Source: Paraphysomonas bandaiensis (taxonomy: Eukaryota > Protista > Chrysophyceae). Taken from it: a stretch of 64,000 bases of DNA. A model generated the notes under the pieces. That model was not told where the DNA came from. It did not search any database and saw only the letters and a list, made by a program, of their open reading frames with translations. Location: assembly GCA_965644295.1 (NCBI GenBank), contig CBFFRP010000015.1, positions 1 to 64,000 on the forward strand. The letters run 5' to 3'. Shown piece after piece: positions 10,921-23,436 of the stretch (position 1 is its first letter; each line of letters begins with the position of its first letter). The translations under genes and the position numbers were made by a program.

Positions 10921-12792
10921 GAATTATTCTCGCATATAGGTACGCGTTACAGGCCTATAGCTTGACATTACAGGCATATAGCTACGCATTACAGAGGCAT
11001 GAGGTCATAGCAGGTGAAATAGAACCAATGCAACATACATCAGGTCAAAACAAAGCTAAAGAGCGGTATATAGCAGCATAGGCAGGACTCCATCGCTCTC
11101 TCCAATGCTGAAGTAGGCTGGTAGACCATTCTTTCTCTCAACACAATCTTCATGCATGTCCTTCAGTTACCTTTGAAAACATCGATGAAATAGATCCCGT
11201 AGTGTTATACGTGTTTCTTGCAATGCAATAAACCGATGGGTTCTATATCCTACACTATAGCTACACAGTCATACACAGCTATAATTGATAATAGATACTA
11301 AATGGTATATACTTTGGCTTATGGTGACACTCAGATATCCCCGTCTTTGAGAAACTGCAAGATGCATTGAATTTAGTCAACAGGGTCAATAGGATATTTA
11401 TTGACGATATAACTCTTCCAGAGATACTGTCCAATAAAATCAAATTGAGGTTATAGGTATATTATAAAATGGGACAAGTCATCCTAGTTCACACTCTGCT
11501 GCCAATACATACGATGACAGTTGCTGTAGTTACACCATCAGCGATACTATAGTCACGAACTAACATGCTTCGTTGTGTAGTTTCATTTAGAAGCCAATGC
11601 ACTGGATATGAGGAGAGTGAACTTATGTGTGAGGTTGACAGTGTTAGGCTATGTATATATATGTATATGTGTGCATGAGTTGCTGTGTATACTGCAGTAG
11701 ATACATATACTTATATAAGTACAATCCTGCAGTGACTTGAAGAAGCATATGGAACAAACAGAATTGAGACAAAGTGATAATAACAATATCTATCTCTAGC
11801 TAGCTCAAGTGCCTCTTCTGACTCCTCTCAATGCTCTCCTCTCTCTCCATCCCTCTACGATGCGTACATATAGAGCAGAGCAGTATCATATGCATACACT
11901 AGATATGTGTCGGAAAAGGGCAAACAAAATGCAGGTTTTTTGGTGTCTATTTCACAAAACAACGAAAAAAGGGCGATTTTTTTGCCTGGTTGATGTAAAC
12001 CCACATATACGAGGACCAGTACAGACTATGTGCTTAACGGACATTACACTCCTCGTACTGTATTCCTGTATATACACTAGTGTATTTCAATAATATTTTC
12101 TTGGAACTTTTTTGGCAGACTTTTTTTTTATCAGTTACTTTCTTATACTTATACAGAGTGCTACATACACAGCAGTACATGTGTGTATGTCACGGTATAC
12201 AGCAGTACATTCTATCGTATATCGCATATGGAATATACAGTATACCAAATGTACGTACAGTCATCTATATACAAGAAATATGTATAACCCTACCGTACAT
12301 ATACACCACAATATACAAAGTCGATATGTACACATTCTATATACAAATATATGTACATATGTACTCACGTACCGTATATATATCCCTCAGTACAGCAGTA
12401 CAGCAGTACAGCAGTACTCTAACCGCTGGTCGTTAATTAGGACGGTAGTTACTCATCATAACATACATATATATATATATATCACACACCTCCACATATA
12501 ACACCATAAAGACCATAACAATACAATCAATCCCTCTCTGTGTATCCCTGTATACTGTCTTGATATCCCATCTCTCCCACTGCACTGTTCTTACCTATTA
12601 TTATCTATAGATCCCATCACTGTCATATATATGAGTGATATGCTGTAATATCATGCATACACAAGCAACAGTGCGGCTATCATAAGATCAGGTATTGAAG
12701 AATGAGTACTTCTACCACTGAAAGGTACTGTAATGATATATATAATAAGAGATATGTGATTATGTGCTATCAGTCATAAGGAATCACATCAT

Positions 12793-15047
12793 ATGAGTGA
12801 GAGTGACACTCAGGCACCACAAAGAAGACGCCGATCCTCTAAAATCAAACAACCACCAACTGACCATTCTCATGACGAGAAGCAATCTGATACGAGTAAT
12901 AATCATACTGATGCTGATGTAGCGGTAGATAAGCAACCAGTACTTGAAATCGCCAAAAACTCTCCCAGGGAAGTAGTAATAGAGGCGGTATCCTCATATT
13001 GCAGTGATGCTATCAGCACTGCAGAGCAGAGTGTCAAAGACATATCCCAGGATAGTAATAACAAAGAGACTGTGCCAAAGTGTAATGATGTCGGCAAGAT
13101 TAATGAGACCAACATATCTGGAGGTGGGGATGCTGTGACAGAAAGTGCTGAAACCATCGTGCCAGGTGAGAAAAAGGGCCCATCACTCGCCGAGTCGTCT
13201 CCACGTGAAGTGGTGATGGAGGCTGTTACAAACTATTGCGCCGATGCAATCAGTACAGCGGAGCTCAGCATCAGTAGTGTGTCTAAACCTCCAGCATCCA
13301 ATATTCCTGTCCCAGAAAAGGATTTGCCCCTCACAGGTCCTGCCGAACCCGTTCTCAAACTAGATACAGACCCCCCACAACCTAAGTCACCAGTTTTAAG
13401 CACTCCTGCTCCTGAGAAGAAGAATGAGGCATCCATAGGTCCTACAGAACCTGTCGTCAGCCCCGGAAAAGTCTCTTCACCTCCACTGTCCAAGGCAGCA
13501 GTGGCGATTGCTCAAGCGACTGAGTTCCTCGATCAACTTGACGGGCCTTCAAATTCATCCCTATCCAATAACGGAGAGCGAAAAGAGAAAGGTTACGGTA
13601 AACCAAAGCCACAAAAGAATGCACATATAGATAAAGAGAGGGCTACGGGCTCACAGAGTAAGCGATCAAGTGGAACTCCACCTGCTTCCCAACGTCCTGC
13701 TCCCCCATCCATTGAAAAGAATCCTAAACACAGTGACAATCCCAGGAATCAAAGGAAGAAGAAGGTCGTCGATGCAGGAGGGGAAGGCAGCCTTCCGCCT
13801 ATAGAAACTACTCCCACACGGACGCCCGTCGCATCGAAACAACAGCTTCATCCACTCCAAAAGGGAAAGAACACAGCCTCTGCGGAGGAGATTGGACTAC
13901 GGCCTGGTGGAAAAAATAACCACGGTTACGACCGTCGAACAAAGCGCACTGAGTCAAAATCTGCGCCAATATCTTCTGCAGAAAATAAATTGCCTCCCAT
14001 AGGGTAACATATGTAACACAAACTGAATCAATATTTAACTTCTGTGCACTTTACAGGGGGACGCCGGGCAATGGAGATGCCGCAGTTAATTCCGGACGGA
14101 AGAGGAAAAAGCCTCTGTATCTACGCCTGGAAGATAGAGCGAAGCGCATCCAGATGCAGATTGAGAAAGAGAAAGTGCGTTTACATATATGTATGTCATA
14201 GCAACACTAATACCATATGTCTCTACAGCTGGACATGTACCACAAGGTCAAGTTAAAGAAACTAAAAGCCCAACCGACCAAAGAGGAGATTGACGAACAC
14301 ATGATGAAGTATCGACAAATGAAGCTAGCTCATATGGAGCAAGGTAGAGAATACGCAGAGGCTCGAAAGAAGGATTGGAAGAAACAAGGTCACCAACTTA
14401 AAAAGAAGAATTCTAGTCCCGTCAAGCATCGGAAACCTGACTTTGTGGAGGAACAACGGCAGCGAGAGAGGGAGGAGGAGGAAGCTAGGAAGATCCGCAT
14501 CGAAAAGGGAAAAGAGTATGGAGATGCAGTACGAGGGGGCATGATTCTTCCCTCTCCAGGTAGACCTTCACCCCGCCCGACTCAGGTACAGGACGGTCGG
14601 AGAGATATTAGTCCGCAGGCTATTCACAAATCCCCAGAAACTGTTGAGCGGCAACGCCGGAATAAAAGGCAACATGCTGTAGGAGGAGAAGGGGAAGGGC
14701 TGAGTGAGTCACCTAAAGGCCGAGACGTTCCAAGAAAACATAAATCTGTGGATGGTGACCAGAAGCAACCTTCTCCCACTTCAAGGCCACCTAACGCGAA
14801 GAGGCTTCTTAGTCAGTCCTCTGGACCCGCTGAGAGGGTAGACGCCCCTTATGAGGGCAAGATGGGCTCAGAGTGGGTTGCAGAGGTGATGGAGATGGAT
14901 GCCGAAGAGGCCAGACTTGCGGATGTTTACGAAACTGGCTTCTTGATGTTTATGCTGGAGAAGGGAATGATTACAAGCAAAGATGACAATGACGATGTAG
15001 TGTCTCCTGTTAATGAAGTTCCTGTCGCAGATGCTGTTGATATTTAG
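12793..15047 (+). CDS. Low-complexity, charged coiled-coil hypothetical protein (3 exons)
   Basis: Exons 12793-14003, 14057-~14175 and 14230-15047 join in frame. Internal repeat SPREVV.EAV..YC.DAISTAE occurs twice; KKPLYLRLE is followed by a coiled coil. Confidence 0.65.
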
Positions 15048-15665
15048 CCTATGCGTTGTGTATCTTGTTCATGTTGTAGCCTTTACAGTAATGTCTGCTT
15101 TAGTTTTTCTTTGCGATTGGGTTGTATATTATGCAATTCTGAGAAGTAGCGGAAGTTATCAATTATATAATGCCCTACCTTATTAGTATTCAACACGTGC
15201 GTGGAATAAGTAAGTTATACTGTTAATCTTTCGCTGTAACTGCATAATATTTACTAGTTCAAAATAAATATCAGCATAACCGTAGTAGGGCCGAACTCTG
15301 ACTAGTTCACGCTATCTTCTAGTTTCTAGAATGACGCATCAAGCTGTCTTGTATCTTGTAAGAACAACTGTTCTCAAATAATCTGATAAATTGCAATTTG
15401 ATACCACACTAATAATATATAATAATACATAAGAAGAAGTAATGCTACGTGAATGCTTACTAAAGAACGGTGAATTGTGTATATTGAAAGTCTTATTATT
15501 AGCAATAGGCGTTAAAAACATGCACTAACTTAGTAGCTAGATGAATGCTAGACAAACTAGTTAGACCTCTACCTGTAACTAATCAGTACACACTTTTTTT
15601 ATCCTACTATTTAACGCTACGGAAGCTGCTTGTGCGTCGCCGCAAGCACCAAGGTGCAACCACTT

Positions 15666-18600
15666 AATCCTCACAACACCGCAAGACATTCATGAAGGCA
15701 TTAATGCGCACTTCCGTGAACATCATGCCAAACCTCCTGGACTTGACCCTGTAGCACAACAGCTCCAGGATGACCCTACATGGTGGAAATCCCTTCTTGA
15801 TCCGGGCTCAGCGACATGCCAGGAACCACTCCACCCCCGCTCGAAAATCCCTCTTCCCCTGCAACTGGGGTTACGACGGGCCCTTTGTACCAAGACCACT
15901 CCGGCCATGGCAGCCACACTCAAATCTACTCTTGCAAAAGACATCACCCAGGATGAATTCTACTGCACACTTCACTCTCTCTCCTTCAACCGCGCGCCTG
16001 GACCCTCAATGGTCTCCTCCAACATGGTCAAATCCTGGCCACCGGTAGTTCAGCGAGAGGCTTACATCCTCACCAGATCTCTCTGGAAACATAAACATGT
16101 GCCCATTTGGTGGAGAGACAGGGTAATGTCTCCCATTCTCAAGAAACCAGGAGAATCCTCCCTCAATAATCTCCGACCGATTGGTCTGCTTGAAGTCAGT
16201 AGGAAAATATTAACAAGGATAATCACTCATAGAATTCTTACCGTATGGGAGGAACAGAAAGTTTTGCATCCGTCCCAGCATGGTTATCGCTGGAGGAACG
16301 GGACGGACACAGCGATACTAAGGGTACTCGCGGCTGCAGAAGAAGCAAGACGAAAAGGCGACCAGCATATATGTACACTCTGGGACTTCAAGAAGGCCTT
16401 CGACTCAATTGCGCCTAACCTCATGCGTCTCGCGTGGGCACGACTGGGCGTTCCGGACGATGTAGTTGACTGGTTTGGCAACTTAGATGCCGGCGGTCTA
16501 ACATTTCCCTGGACACCATTCATGGCAAACAACATAGAGCCACGTTCTCTCCTTGACCTCCTGTCCGCAGACGGCCACTTCATTGCACTATTCAGTCTGG
16601 GTTTCGAAGCCGAAAGGGGTATCACCCAAGGGGGCACAGAATCCACATGCGCCTGGGTGGCACTCTACGACATCCTTCTCACGTGGCTGGACATTGAACT
16701 GTCAACAACGAGTCCAACGTTACCAACTATTCTACTCACGACTCCGACTACCGGCGAAATAAAGATCTCCTTCGCGGATGATCTTAACACAATAGCTAAA
16801 TCCATACACGCTGCCCAACTCATTGCCCAACAAATATCTGCGTTCTGCGTACTTTCGGGAATGGAACTCTCTATCCCCAAAGTAGTTTGCACAGTGTTTC
16901 CGATCCTACAAGATTCCAACAAGTCCTCCGACCCCATTGGCTACATCATTCTCTACGACTGGTCGTGGCGTCCACACCCAGTCCCTATCCAAACATCACT
17001 AGAGTCGATACATTACCTCGGAGCAGACCTTCCTCTCACAATCACAGACAAGGCCTCCCATGATTGGTGTCTAAAATACCTGAAAGTCGTGACCACACAC
17101 CTAGGGATTAAACAGGCCTCAGCCGGCTGTAAAGTCATGGTTATCGAGACCCAAATCATACCGACTTTGCTCTATAGAGCCACCAAAGCTTCATGGCCGC
17201 TACACTGGTACAGAGAAATTGACGCTGCTTGCGCAACCCTCTACAGAAAGGCCCTCAGTCTAGGCCCTGGATACCCCACGGAACTGATCTACCTCTCACT
17301 CAAGCACAACGGATTAGGTATGAAACGTTTCTCAGACTCGGCGCAGGAGCAAAAATGGGGATCTCTACAGCGCGCAATAACCCTCGGGGGAGAAGCAGGT
17401 CAAGCAGCACATTTTCTACTCACTCAGACAACAGAGCCACAGCCCCAATACCACCACTATGTTCTCAGCCTCAGGGAATGGGGAACGGAATTGGGCCTTA
17501 CCCTTCAGCAACCTGAGCCCCCCGAACCACAGGATGAACACATGCTGACCAATCTAAAACAAGAACTCGGCCTTAATAGCGTCCAACCAGATACTTTCAA
17601 GGCAATCTTCACAGATGGATCATACACAGCCAGTGCGCTCTCCACGCGTCGCCTCACTCATGTCAATCCGCGAACACGATGGACACACCGAGGAGGTGCA
17701 GCGGTCGTCTACTTACCCCCAGAAAATGCCTGGGAAGATGGTACAACCATAATACTACGACTAGATACACCCTTTCGTGATGTGCCAGGTTTGGACTCAT
17801 ACGCATATGAACTCATAGGCACAGCCATGGGGCTTATACTCTCAACACGCATTCCCGAACACATAAGAAGCCACACAGACTGTCAGGCAGTGTGCACCCG
17901 TACTGAGGAAGCACTCTCCACAAGACGCAGAGCTCTCGGTCACCGTGCAAAAGGGGTACTACTCGAAAGCATCGCGGCCAGTAGAGATTGCAAACGACAG
18001 GTGACCTGGGTGAGGTCCCATCCCGAACGACGTACCACAGATGAAACGGAGTGGACGTTTGAGGACAAGGGCATCTATATTGCGGACGCAGTCGCGGGTG
18101 AAGACTGGCATGAAGTCGATCGCATCCTTGGAAAAAATAACTACACTGTCTGTACAATTGCGATTGACAGTGCCATTGAACGCTTACTAACCGCTGGATT
18201 ATGGCACTGGCGTTTGCACAGTACAAGACGGCCATACTACTCTAGCCCACTCCTTACTGATTTCCAAGATCTCTGCGACCTAAGGACACTTGAGAACTAC
18301 ACTTCAACCAGAGATCAACGCTACGGAAACAATCCTGATCGAGCGCCTGGCTACTGGACCAATAGCGGAGTACACCTCCCGCGCAAACTAGCTCAAGCGG
18401 ATGGCAGTGCATCCAAAGACAAACTCAGCTCAAATCTACGCCAAAGAATTCTCAACACGGCACTGACATGGGACAAATCTTTCTGCATAGGGAGGAACCG
18501 GGCCAAAACCAAACAGGGGCTTGACCTGACCAAAGCCGCATGCTCTGACTGCGGGTTTCGACTAGATTCCCTAAAACATATGTGCCTCGACTGCACACAT

Positions 18601-19576
18601 GAATCCATCACCCAAATAAGGGAAACTGCATTTCAATCGCATAAAAATGTGCTACACGAAATACAGAGAACTCAGACCTTACCCAACTGGATCACATCTG
18701 CACTACGGAGACTCTCCAGCAGAGCCTGGAATCCCTCCATCCCACAGGTCGAGAGATACTGGACTGGAACCATCACAGCAGCCCAACTGGAAACGGTCTT
18801 CGGAGATGACATACACAACCACCTGACGGCTCACAGTCTACGGAACCTAGAAACAGTGGTTATTAATCTCCTGCAACCGCTTTACACTGCAGCGAAGCTT
18901 ATGTTACAGGATCGCGGTTGTCGCTATATCACCATGTCCAAAAGGCCGCCCAGGCTACTCCCGAGACCCCGTCCGAAACGCAGTCAGTCAAGACAACGTC
19001 CGAGAGTCCTTCGACTACTAGGGGTCCAACGAAGACCCCCCACAGCGTATCCGACTCCAGACACACGTGCACACCTCACAGGTCCTACCCGACAGAGCAC
19101 TGGACTGCCCAGACCTCCACAACGCCGACGGCTTCGACAACTCTATCTACACCCGCGGCCCCACAGGAGCACAGTAACACATACTACAAACCCAACTCCT
19201 CCTCCCAACAATCCCCACCACTCCCAACCCACACATCTGGAACTAGGTGCACTCAGGACCCTAATTCAGAATGCTGAGCCCCCTCCAAAACCAATGGAGA
19301 CCCATCCCAAAGGGAGACCCCCAGATCAAAAGCGCCGGTGAGTCCACGGACACACGATAAAGGCGAATTTCATATCACACAAAAAGAACGGAAGTGGTTG
19401 CACCTTGGTGCTTGCGGCGACGCACAAGCAGCTTTCGTAGCGTTAAATAGTAGGATAAAAGAGTTTGTATTGATTAGTTACGGGTAGTGGTCTAACTAGT
19501 ATGACTAGCATTCTTCTAGCCACTAATTGATGCAAGGTCTCAACGCCTATTGCTAAATAATCAGACATTCACTACT
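15666..19576 (+). mobile_element. 5'-truncated non-LTR retrotransposon (RT + RNase H + CCHC)
   Basis: 22-bp TSD AAGCACCAAGGTGC(A/G)ACCACTT at 15644-15665 and 19577-19598. The 3' UTR ends in GACATTCACTACT. No LTRs and no integrase. Confidence 0.92.
15667..19341 (+). CDS. LINE polyprotein remnant: reverse transcriptase, RNase H, CCHC knuckle, basic tail
   Basis: The frame is open from the 5' junction (ILTTPQDIH..). RT motifs LRPIGLL, QHGYR, DFKKAFDSI, GITQGG, FADD; RNase H motifs FTDGS, YELIG, HTDCQ, WVRSH, IADAVA; knuckle CSDC..DSLKHMCLDC. No endonuclease present, presumably lost to truncation. Confidence 0.92.
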   Translation: MLTTPQDIHEGINAHFREHHAKPPGLDPVAQQLQDDPTWWKSLLDPGSATCQEPLHPRSKIPLPLQLGLRRALCTKTTPAMAATLKSTLAKDITQDEFYCTLHSLSFNRAPGPSMVSSNMVKSWPPVVQREAYILTRSLWKHKHVPIWWRDRVMSPILKKPGESSLNNLRPIGLLEVSRKILTRIITHRILTVWEEQKVLHPSQHGYRWRNGTDTAILRVLAAAEEARRKGDQHICTLWDFKKAFDSIAPNLMRLAWARLGVPDDVVDWFGNLDAGGLTFPWTPFMANNIEPRSLLDLLSADGHFIALFSLGFEAERGITQGGTESTCAWVALYDILLTWLDIELSTTSPTLPTILLTTPTTGEIKISFADDLNTIAKSIHAAQLIAQQISAFCVLSGMELSIPKVVCTVFPILQDSNKSSDPIGYIILYDWSWRPHPVPIQTSLESIHYLGADLPLTITDKASHDWCLKYLKVVTTHLGIKQASAGCKVMVIETQIIPTLLYRATKASWPLHWYREIDAACATLYRKALSLGPGYPTELIYLSLKHNGLGMKRFSDSAQEQKWGSLQRAITLGGEAGQAAHFLLTQTTEPQPQYHHYVLSLREWGTELGLTLQQPEPPEPQDEHMLTNLKQELGLNSVQPDTFKAIFTDGSYTASALSTRRLTHVNPRTRWTHRGGAAVVYLPPENAWEDGTTIILRLDTPFRDVPGLDSYAYELIGTAMGLILSTRIPEHIRSHTDCQAVCTRTEEALSTRRRALGHRAKGVLLESIAASRDCKRQVTWVRSHPERRTTDETEWTFEDKGIYIADAVAGEDWHEVDRILGKNNYTVCTIAIDSAIERLLTAGLWHWRLHSTRRPYYSSPLLTDFQDLCDLRTLENYTSTRDQRYGNNPDRAPGYWTNSGVHLPRKLAQADGSASKDKLSSNLRQRILNTALTWDKSFCIGRNRAKTKQGLDLTKAACSDCGFRLDSLKHMCLDCTHESITQIRETAFQSHKNVLHEIQRTQTLPNWITSALRRLSSRAWNPSIPQVERYWTGTITAAQLETVFGDDIHNHLTAHSLRNLETVVINLLQPLYTAAKLMLQDRGCRYITMSKRPPRLLPRPRPKRSQSRQRPRVLRLLGVQRRPPTAYPTPDTRAHLTGPTRQSTGLPRPPQRRRLRQLYLHPRPHRSTVTHTTNPTPPPNNPHHSQPTHLELGALRTLIQNAEPPPKPMETHPKGRPPDQKRR

Positions 19577-20509
19577 AAGCACCAAGGTGCGACCACTTCC
19601 GCTCTGAGTTCTTAAGGTGAACATCCCGGATGCTTGACTTCAGCAGGCAGCCCAATACCCCGGTTACCCTTCAGGTGGGCCCTGTCCCGGATGCCCTTGA
19701 GGTGGACCCATTCCCGGATGCCTGTTTATTCGTCAGGGCCCAAAGACGTCTACACAAGTGACACTTATTGGTGTCCCTTGTACCACACAAGCATTCGGCT
19801 ATGAGTGGGCAGAAGAATATCCGCTGACTATGTTTGCGGCTCACGTTAGTTTCCCAGAGAAATAACTCCGGTACTTACCCCCCAGAACACCACGAAAAGG
19901 TGCGAGTCCGACTTTGTTGAGGGGTGAATTGTGTACTGTGTACTCTAGCTATAGTTAGTTAGATAGATAGATAGATAGATAGATAGAGCTTAACTTTACT
20001 AACATTTAACTGGGCTTATTATATCCTTCTACGTTTTTATAATTCTGTCATATATCTTAAAATCGGTATAACTCTACCTGTTTCTCCAAAGCTACTACTT
20101 CTAGAAAAGTGGTTTCCCAGCCATAAGTAGCTAGTTTCTACTTCCAGGAATAACCATCATATAAATTCTTGTACCATAATAGCTACACCCAGATTTGCTA
20201 CATATAATTTGTTCAACACTGTTTATGAGTCTACATAATTGCTAATATTACAATTGCTGATCAATTTCCTTTAGAGATGCCTCAGTCTACTATCAAGTAC
20301 TAGTATTTATTATTAAAATAAAATTTACTTATTTTACAGAAGTTTCATGTATGACGCTTATAGTCAAGTAATCCTGTAGTCATTATTTACGAATCTAAGA
20401 AGTCACAGCGCTAGGATCAATAAAAATTTAATAGAAGGGTATGATTCTTCTCGGGACAGCGCATGAAGATCAGACTAAGAGCGAGGGTAAAGTCTATTTA
20501 ATCAACGAG

Positions 20510-20990
20510 CAGGGCTGCGTATCAATTAATTATCAGACTGTTCATTGACGCAGGATGATGTCGTCGTTTATAATATTATTGCAATTAGTTGAAATTATTT
20601 AGTACTAAACTACATTAACTGCCAATATAGCTATATCTCAACTGTCGACGGTTACGGTTCATGTGTAAAACAAAAGTAGCTCTAAATGTCGAGTAGTCAT
20701 ACTCTTTCTCAAATCCGTCATAACAATCTCAGCTCTACTGAACAACCTTTCAACCTTAATGAATGTGACATACAAGTGCTTCATGCTGCGGTAACAAGTT
20801 TGCTGGGGTTAAGTCATGCCTGCCACCATCAATGAAACGTTGTTGCGCTGCGTCATCATTCTCAACTGGACTCTCTCTCACTGTCATCAGCTTCTTTATC
20901 CTCATCGAGGAAATCAGGTGACGTTGCCAAGTCTCTTGCATCCTCTTTTGTTGCTATCATTTATTTTCTCGAAGAACACTATTACAATTA
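20510..20990 (-). mobile_element. Degenerate hAT-like transposon 3' end, family B
   Basis: Minus strand ~20757-20670 reads KVERLFSRAEIVMTDLRKSMTTRHLELLLF (hAT dimerisation domain). Terminus CAGGGCTGCGTATCAATTAA at 20510 recurs inverted at 42520-42539. Confidence 0.7.
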
Positions 20991-21528
20991 CTTCTGGTAT
21001 CAGTTTATTGCTAACTAATTAAATGAATTATAAGGGAGATAATCCTATGGATATTATACTCTTTCACCAATCTTCGACTTTTATTTAGTAAAAATTGGAT
21101 TTTAGGAAAAAAGAATGTCGTATTTGTTCTGTTTTTATATCAATTAATTGAAGCAAGATGGAGTTTGAGTTACTTAGATCTTAGATACATATAATTGCAA
21201 TCTTTTCCTATTTCCTATATGTTTAGATGCTAAAACATACATCGTCAGTCACTGCTTGCCCGTCTTAATATATATATTATACTAGTGCAGATGGTACACT
21301 ATACCAACAATATATTTCAAGCTGTATAAACACTGAGCAAGATCAGTGATCTAATACTAGGTAAACACATAAGAATAACAAATGGAAGAATTATTTTTAA
21401 CGCGAATGTCAGTGAAGCACCTCAAAGGCTCAAACGTGAAACTTCGCAACACAATAACAATTGCAGTATCTTCACATAAAAAGTACTAAAACCAGAGCAA
21501 ATTGCTCGCCAAACTTACCAAAAAAGAA

Positions 21529-22595
21529 CTAGTTTCCAGCTGTTGACTGCAACTTGGGTGCGTTAGAATTCTGTTTAGGGGTTTCCCCGCCTGCGGTATT
21601 AGTGACCCTTCTCTTGCCCTGTGTCTGATTTTCTCTGTATATTGTGGCAAAGTCATCACCAGCAGCAAGACATAGACATCATACCTCTGCTTGTGATACG
21701 CACTCTCCTTATTTATTCTAAAGCCATATATCCGAGGCACGAAGGATTCTTGAGGCCTGTACGCGTATATGAGTTACCTCAAACGATATTGACAGGAACA
21801 CATACTTAGGAGGTATGAGATCCGGGTTCTGCAGCAAGAAGAGGTGGCAGAACGTGGTACCAAAGTAAGCGCCATCGACGTTTGCGTGCTTCGAAGCCCT
21901 CGGGTAGTACAGCTCATGGCAGCGGGGACAGAATATATTCACTGAGTAGTTGCGTGGCAAATCCGAGAGGCCGACCGGAAGGCCAGGATGACCTTGACAG
22001 TACACTCTCGGGCAGCGACCGAAGTCAGCATTTTGATATTTTTCATACTACAGTATGGTACTTGTGAGGACAGCATATAGAAGGCAGACGCAAAGAGGAG
22101 CATGATAGGATATAAACGCACCATCGCGAGCATTCCTTTGCTGGTGAGGATGTATCTTGCGTGGATCAGCCCATACAGAACTTCCGCGGCCGTTTCCACG
22201 ATCTCCTGCTGATCTTCCGATAGAGAATCTATTCACTCCGTCAATAAATAAAGAAATAGAATATAAGCCACACACCTAATGGAGGTTCCGAATCTAAAAT
22301 CAGCTCCAACGCGTAATCATAATACGGAACCTATAGCATAATACATATGATATCCATAAATAATCACCATACATAATCATCATACCATAGAACTGAGACC
22401 CGTAAGATTAAAATCATCATGAATATAGTCCTCATCTATCGAAGCAAAGAATTCATTACCTCTTAAGCTAACAAACCATGCTATCCATGAGTTTTCTTCT
22501 GATTCAGATGAATCACAACTACTTCCAGTTAATTCTTCTGCATTATCATGATCATCTTGATTGATTGTATCGTTAAAACCATTATTATTATTCAT
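21529..22595 (-). CDS. CKB: Casein kinase II regulatory subunit beta
   Basis: [76 protein letters not shown]; six exons. Confidence 0.97.
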
Positions 22596-22971
22596 ATTAG
22601 TGGAGGACTATGTAGAATCTACTGACAATGTATGGATGTTACTGTATAAGAGATATGCAACATGTAATACGTGTCATAGATGGTGATAGAGGAGAGATTG
22701 ATGAAGGGAAGTTCGGGTTATATGAGATGAATAGTATGAATGTGTTGTTAATTTAATGTGATGAGATGACACTGATGCGATATGCCAGAGACATTAACAA
22801 TAGGCGATCACTGCATGTATGCGTATAGGCAGTCAGCATCTCTAGTTTTTTCGGAAATATATTGAAGTAAATATAGTGTATATAACTGCAACACAACTAC
22901 GGCTTAAATACAGACAAATTTTGTCTCAATATTTGAGGCATCCTTCAACAAAAATATACGAAGGATGCCGA

Positions 22972-23250
22972 TATGTGTATGTATGTATGTATGTATGTAT
23001 GTATGTATGTATGTATGTATGTATGTATGTATGTATGTATGTATGTATGTATGTATGTATGTATGTATGTATGTATGTATGTATGTATGTATGTATGTAT
23101 GTATGTATGTATGTATGTATGTATGTATGTATGTATGTATGTATGTATGTATGTATGTATGTATGTATGTATGTATGTATGTATGTATGTATGTATGTAT
23201 GTATGTATGTGTGTATGTATGTATGTGTGTATGTATGTATGTGTGTATGC
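22972..23250. repeat. (TATG)n microsatellite
   Basis: Directly visible. Confidence 0.99.
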
Positions 23251-23436
23251 AGGGTGGGTGTATAGGGAGGTGTGTGATGGTGGGGTTTGTGTATATATTG
23301 TCACTGAATTATTCATAGTGTCTCTCATGGGGATCTAGTATTCATAATATTCACAATCATCTCGTGGGGTTAACGAGACTGTACATACCTCCCCTTATCC
23401 TTCCTGTTGTTAATCATAGATCCATATCTTATAAAT

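Larger units (their letters stand above)
15482..19922 (-). mobile_element. Non-autonomous SINE-like element (~510 nt) interrupted by the LINE
   Basis: The 13-bp direct repeat GGTGAATTGTGTA at 15469-15481 and 19923-19935 brackets the two halves 15482-15665 and 19577-19922. The 3' part equals the LINE 3' UTR. A second, uninterrupted copy lies at ~41878-42322. Confidence 0.75.

Noticed and set aside
11000-11780. Possible small minus-strand gene
   Set aside because: Coding-like patches (e.g. MKIVLRERMVYQPTSALERAMESCLCC) but I could not build a consistent spliced frame; it may be a relic.
15482-19576. DIRS- or Penelope-like element with inverted terminal repeats
   Set aside because: No tyrosine recombinase or GIY-YIG domain; the RT is LINE-type, and two nested TSDs explain the inverted repeats as a LINE inside a SINE.
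19600-19730. CRISPR-like repeats (CCCGGATGC units)
   Set aside because: Short degenerate tandem units with related spacers inside a SINE; eukaryotic context and no cas genes.
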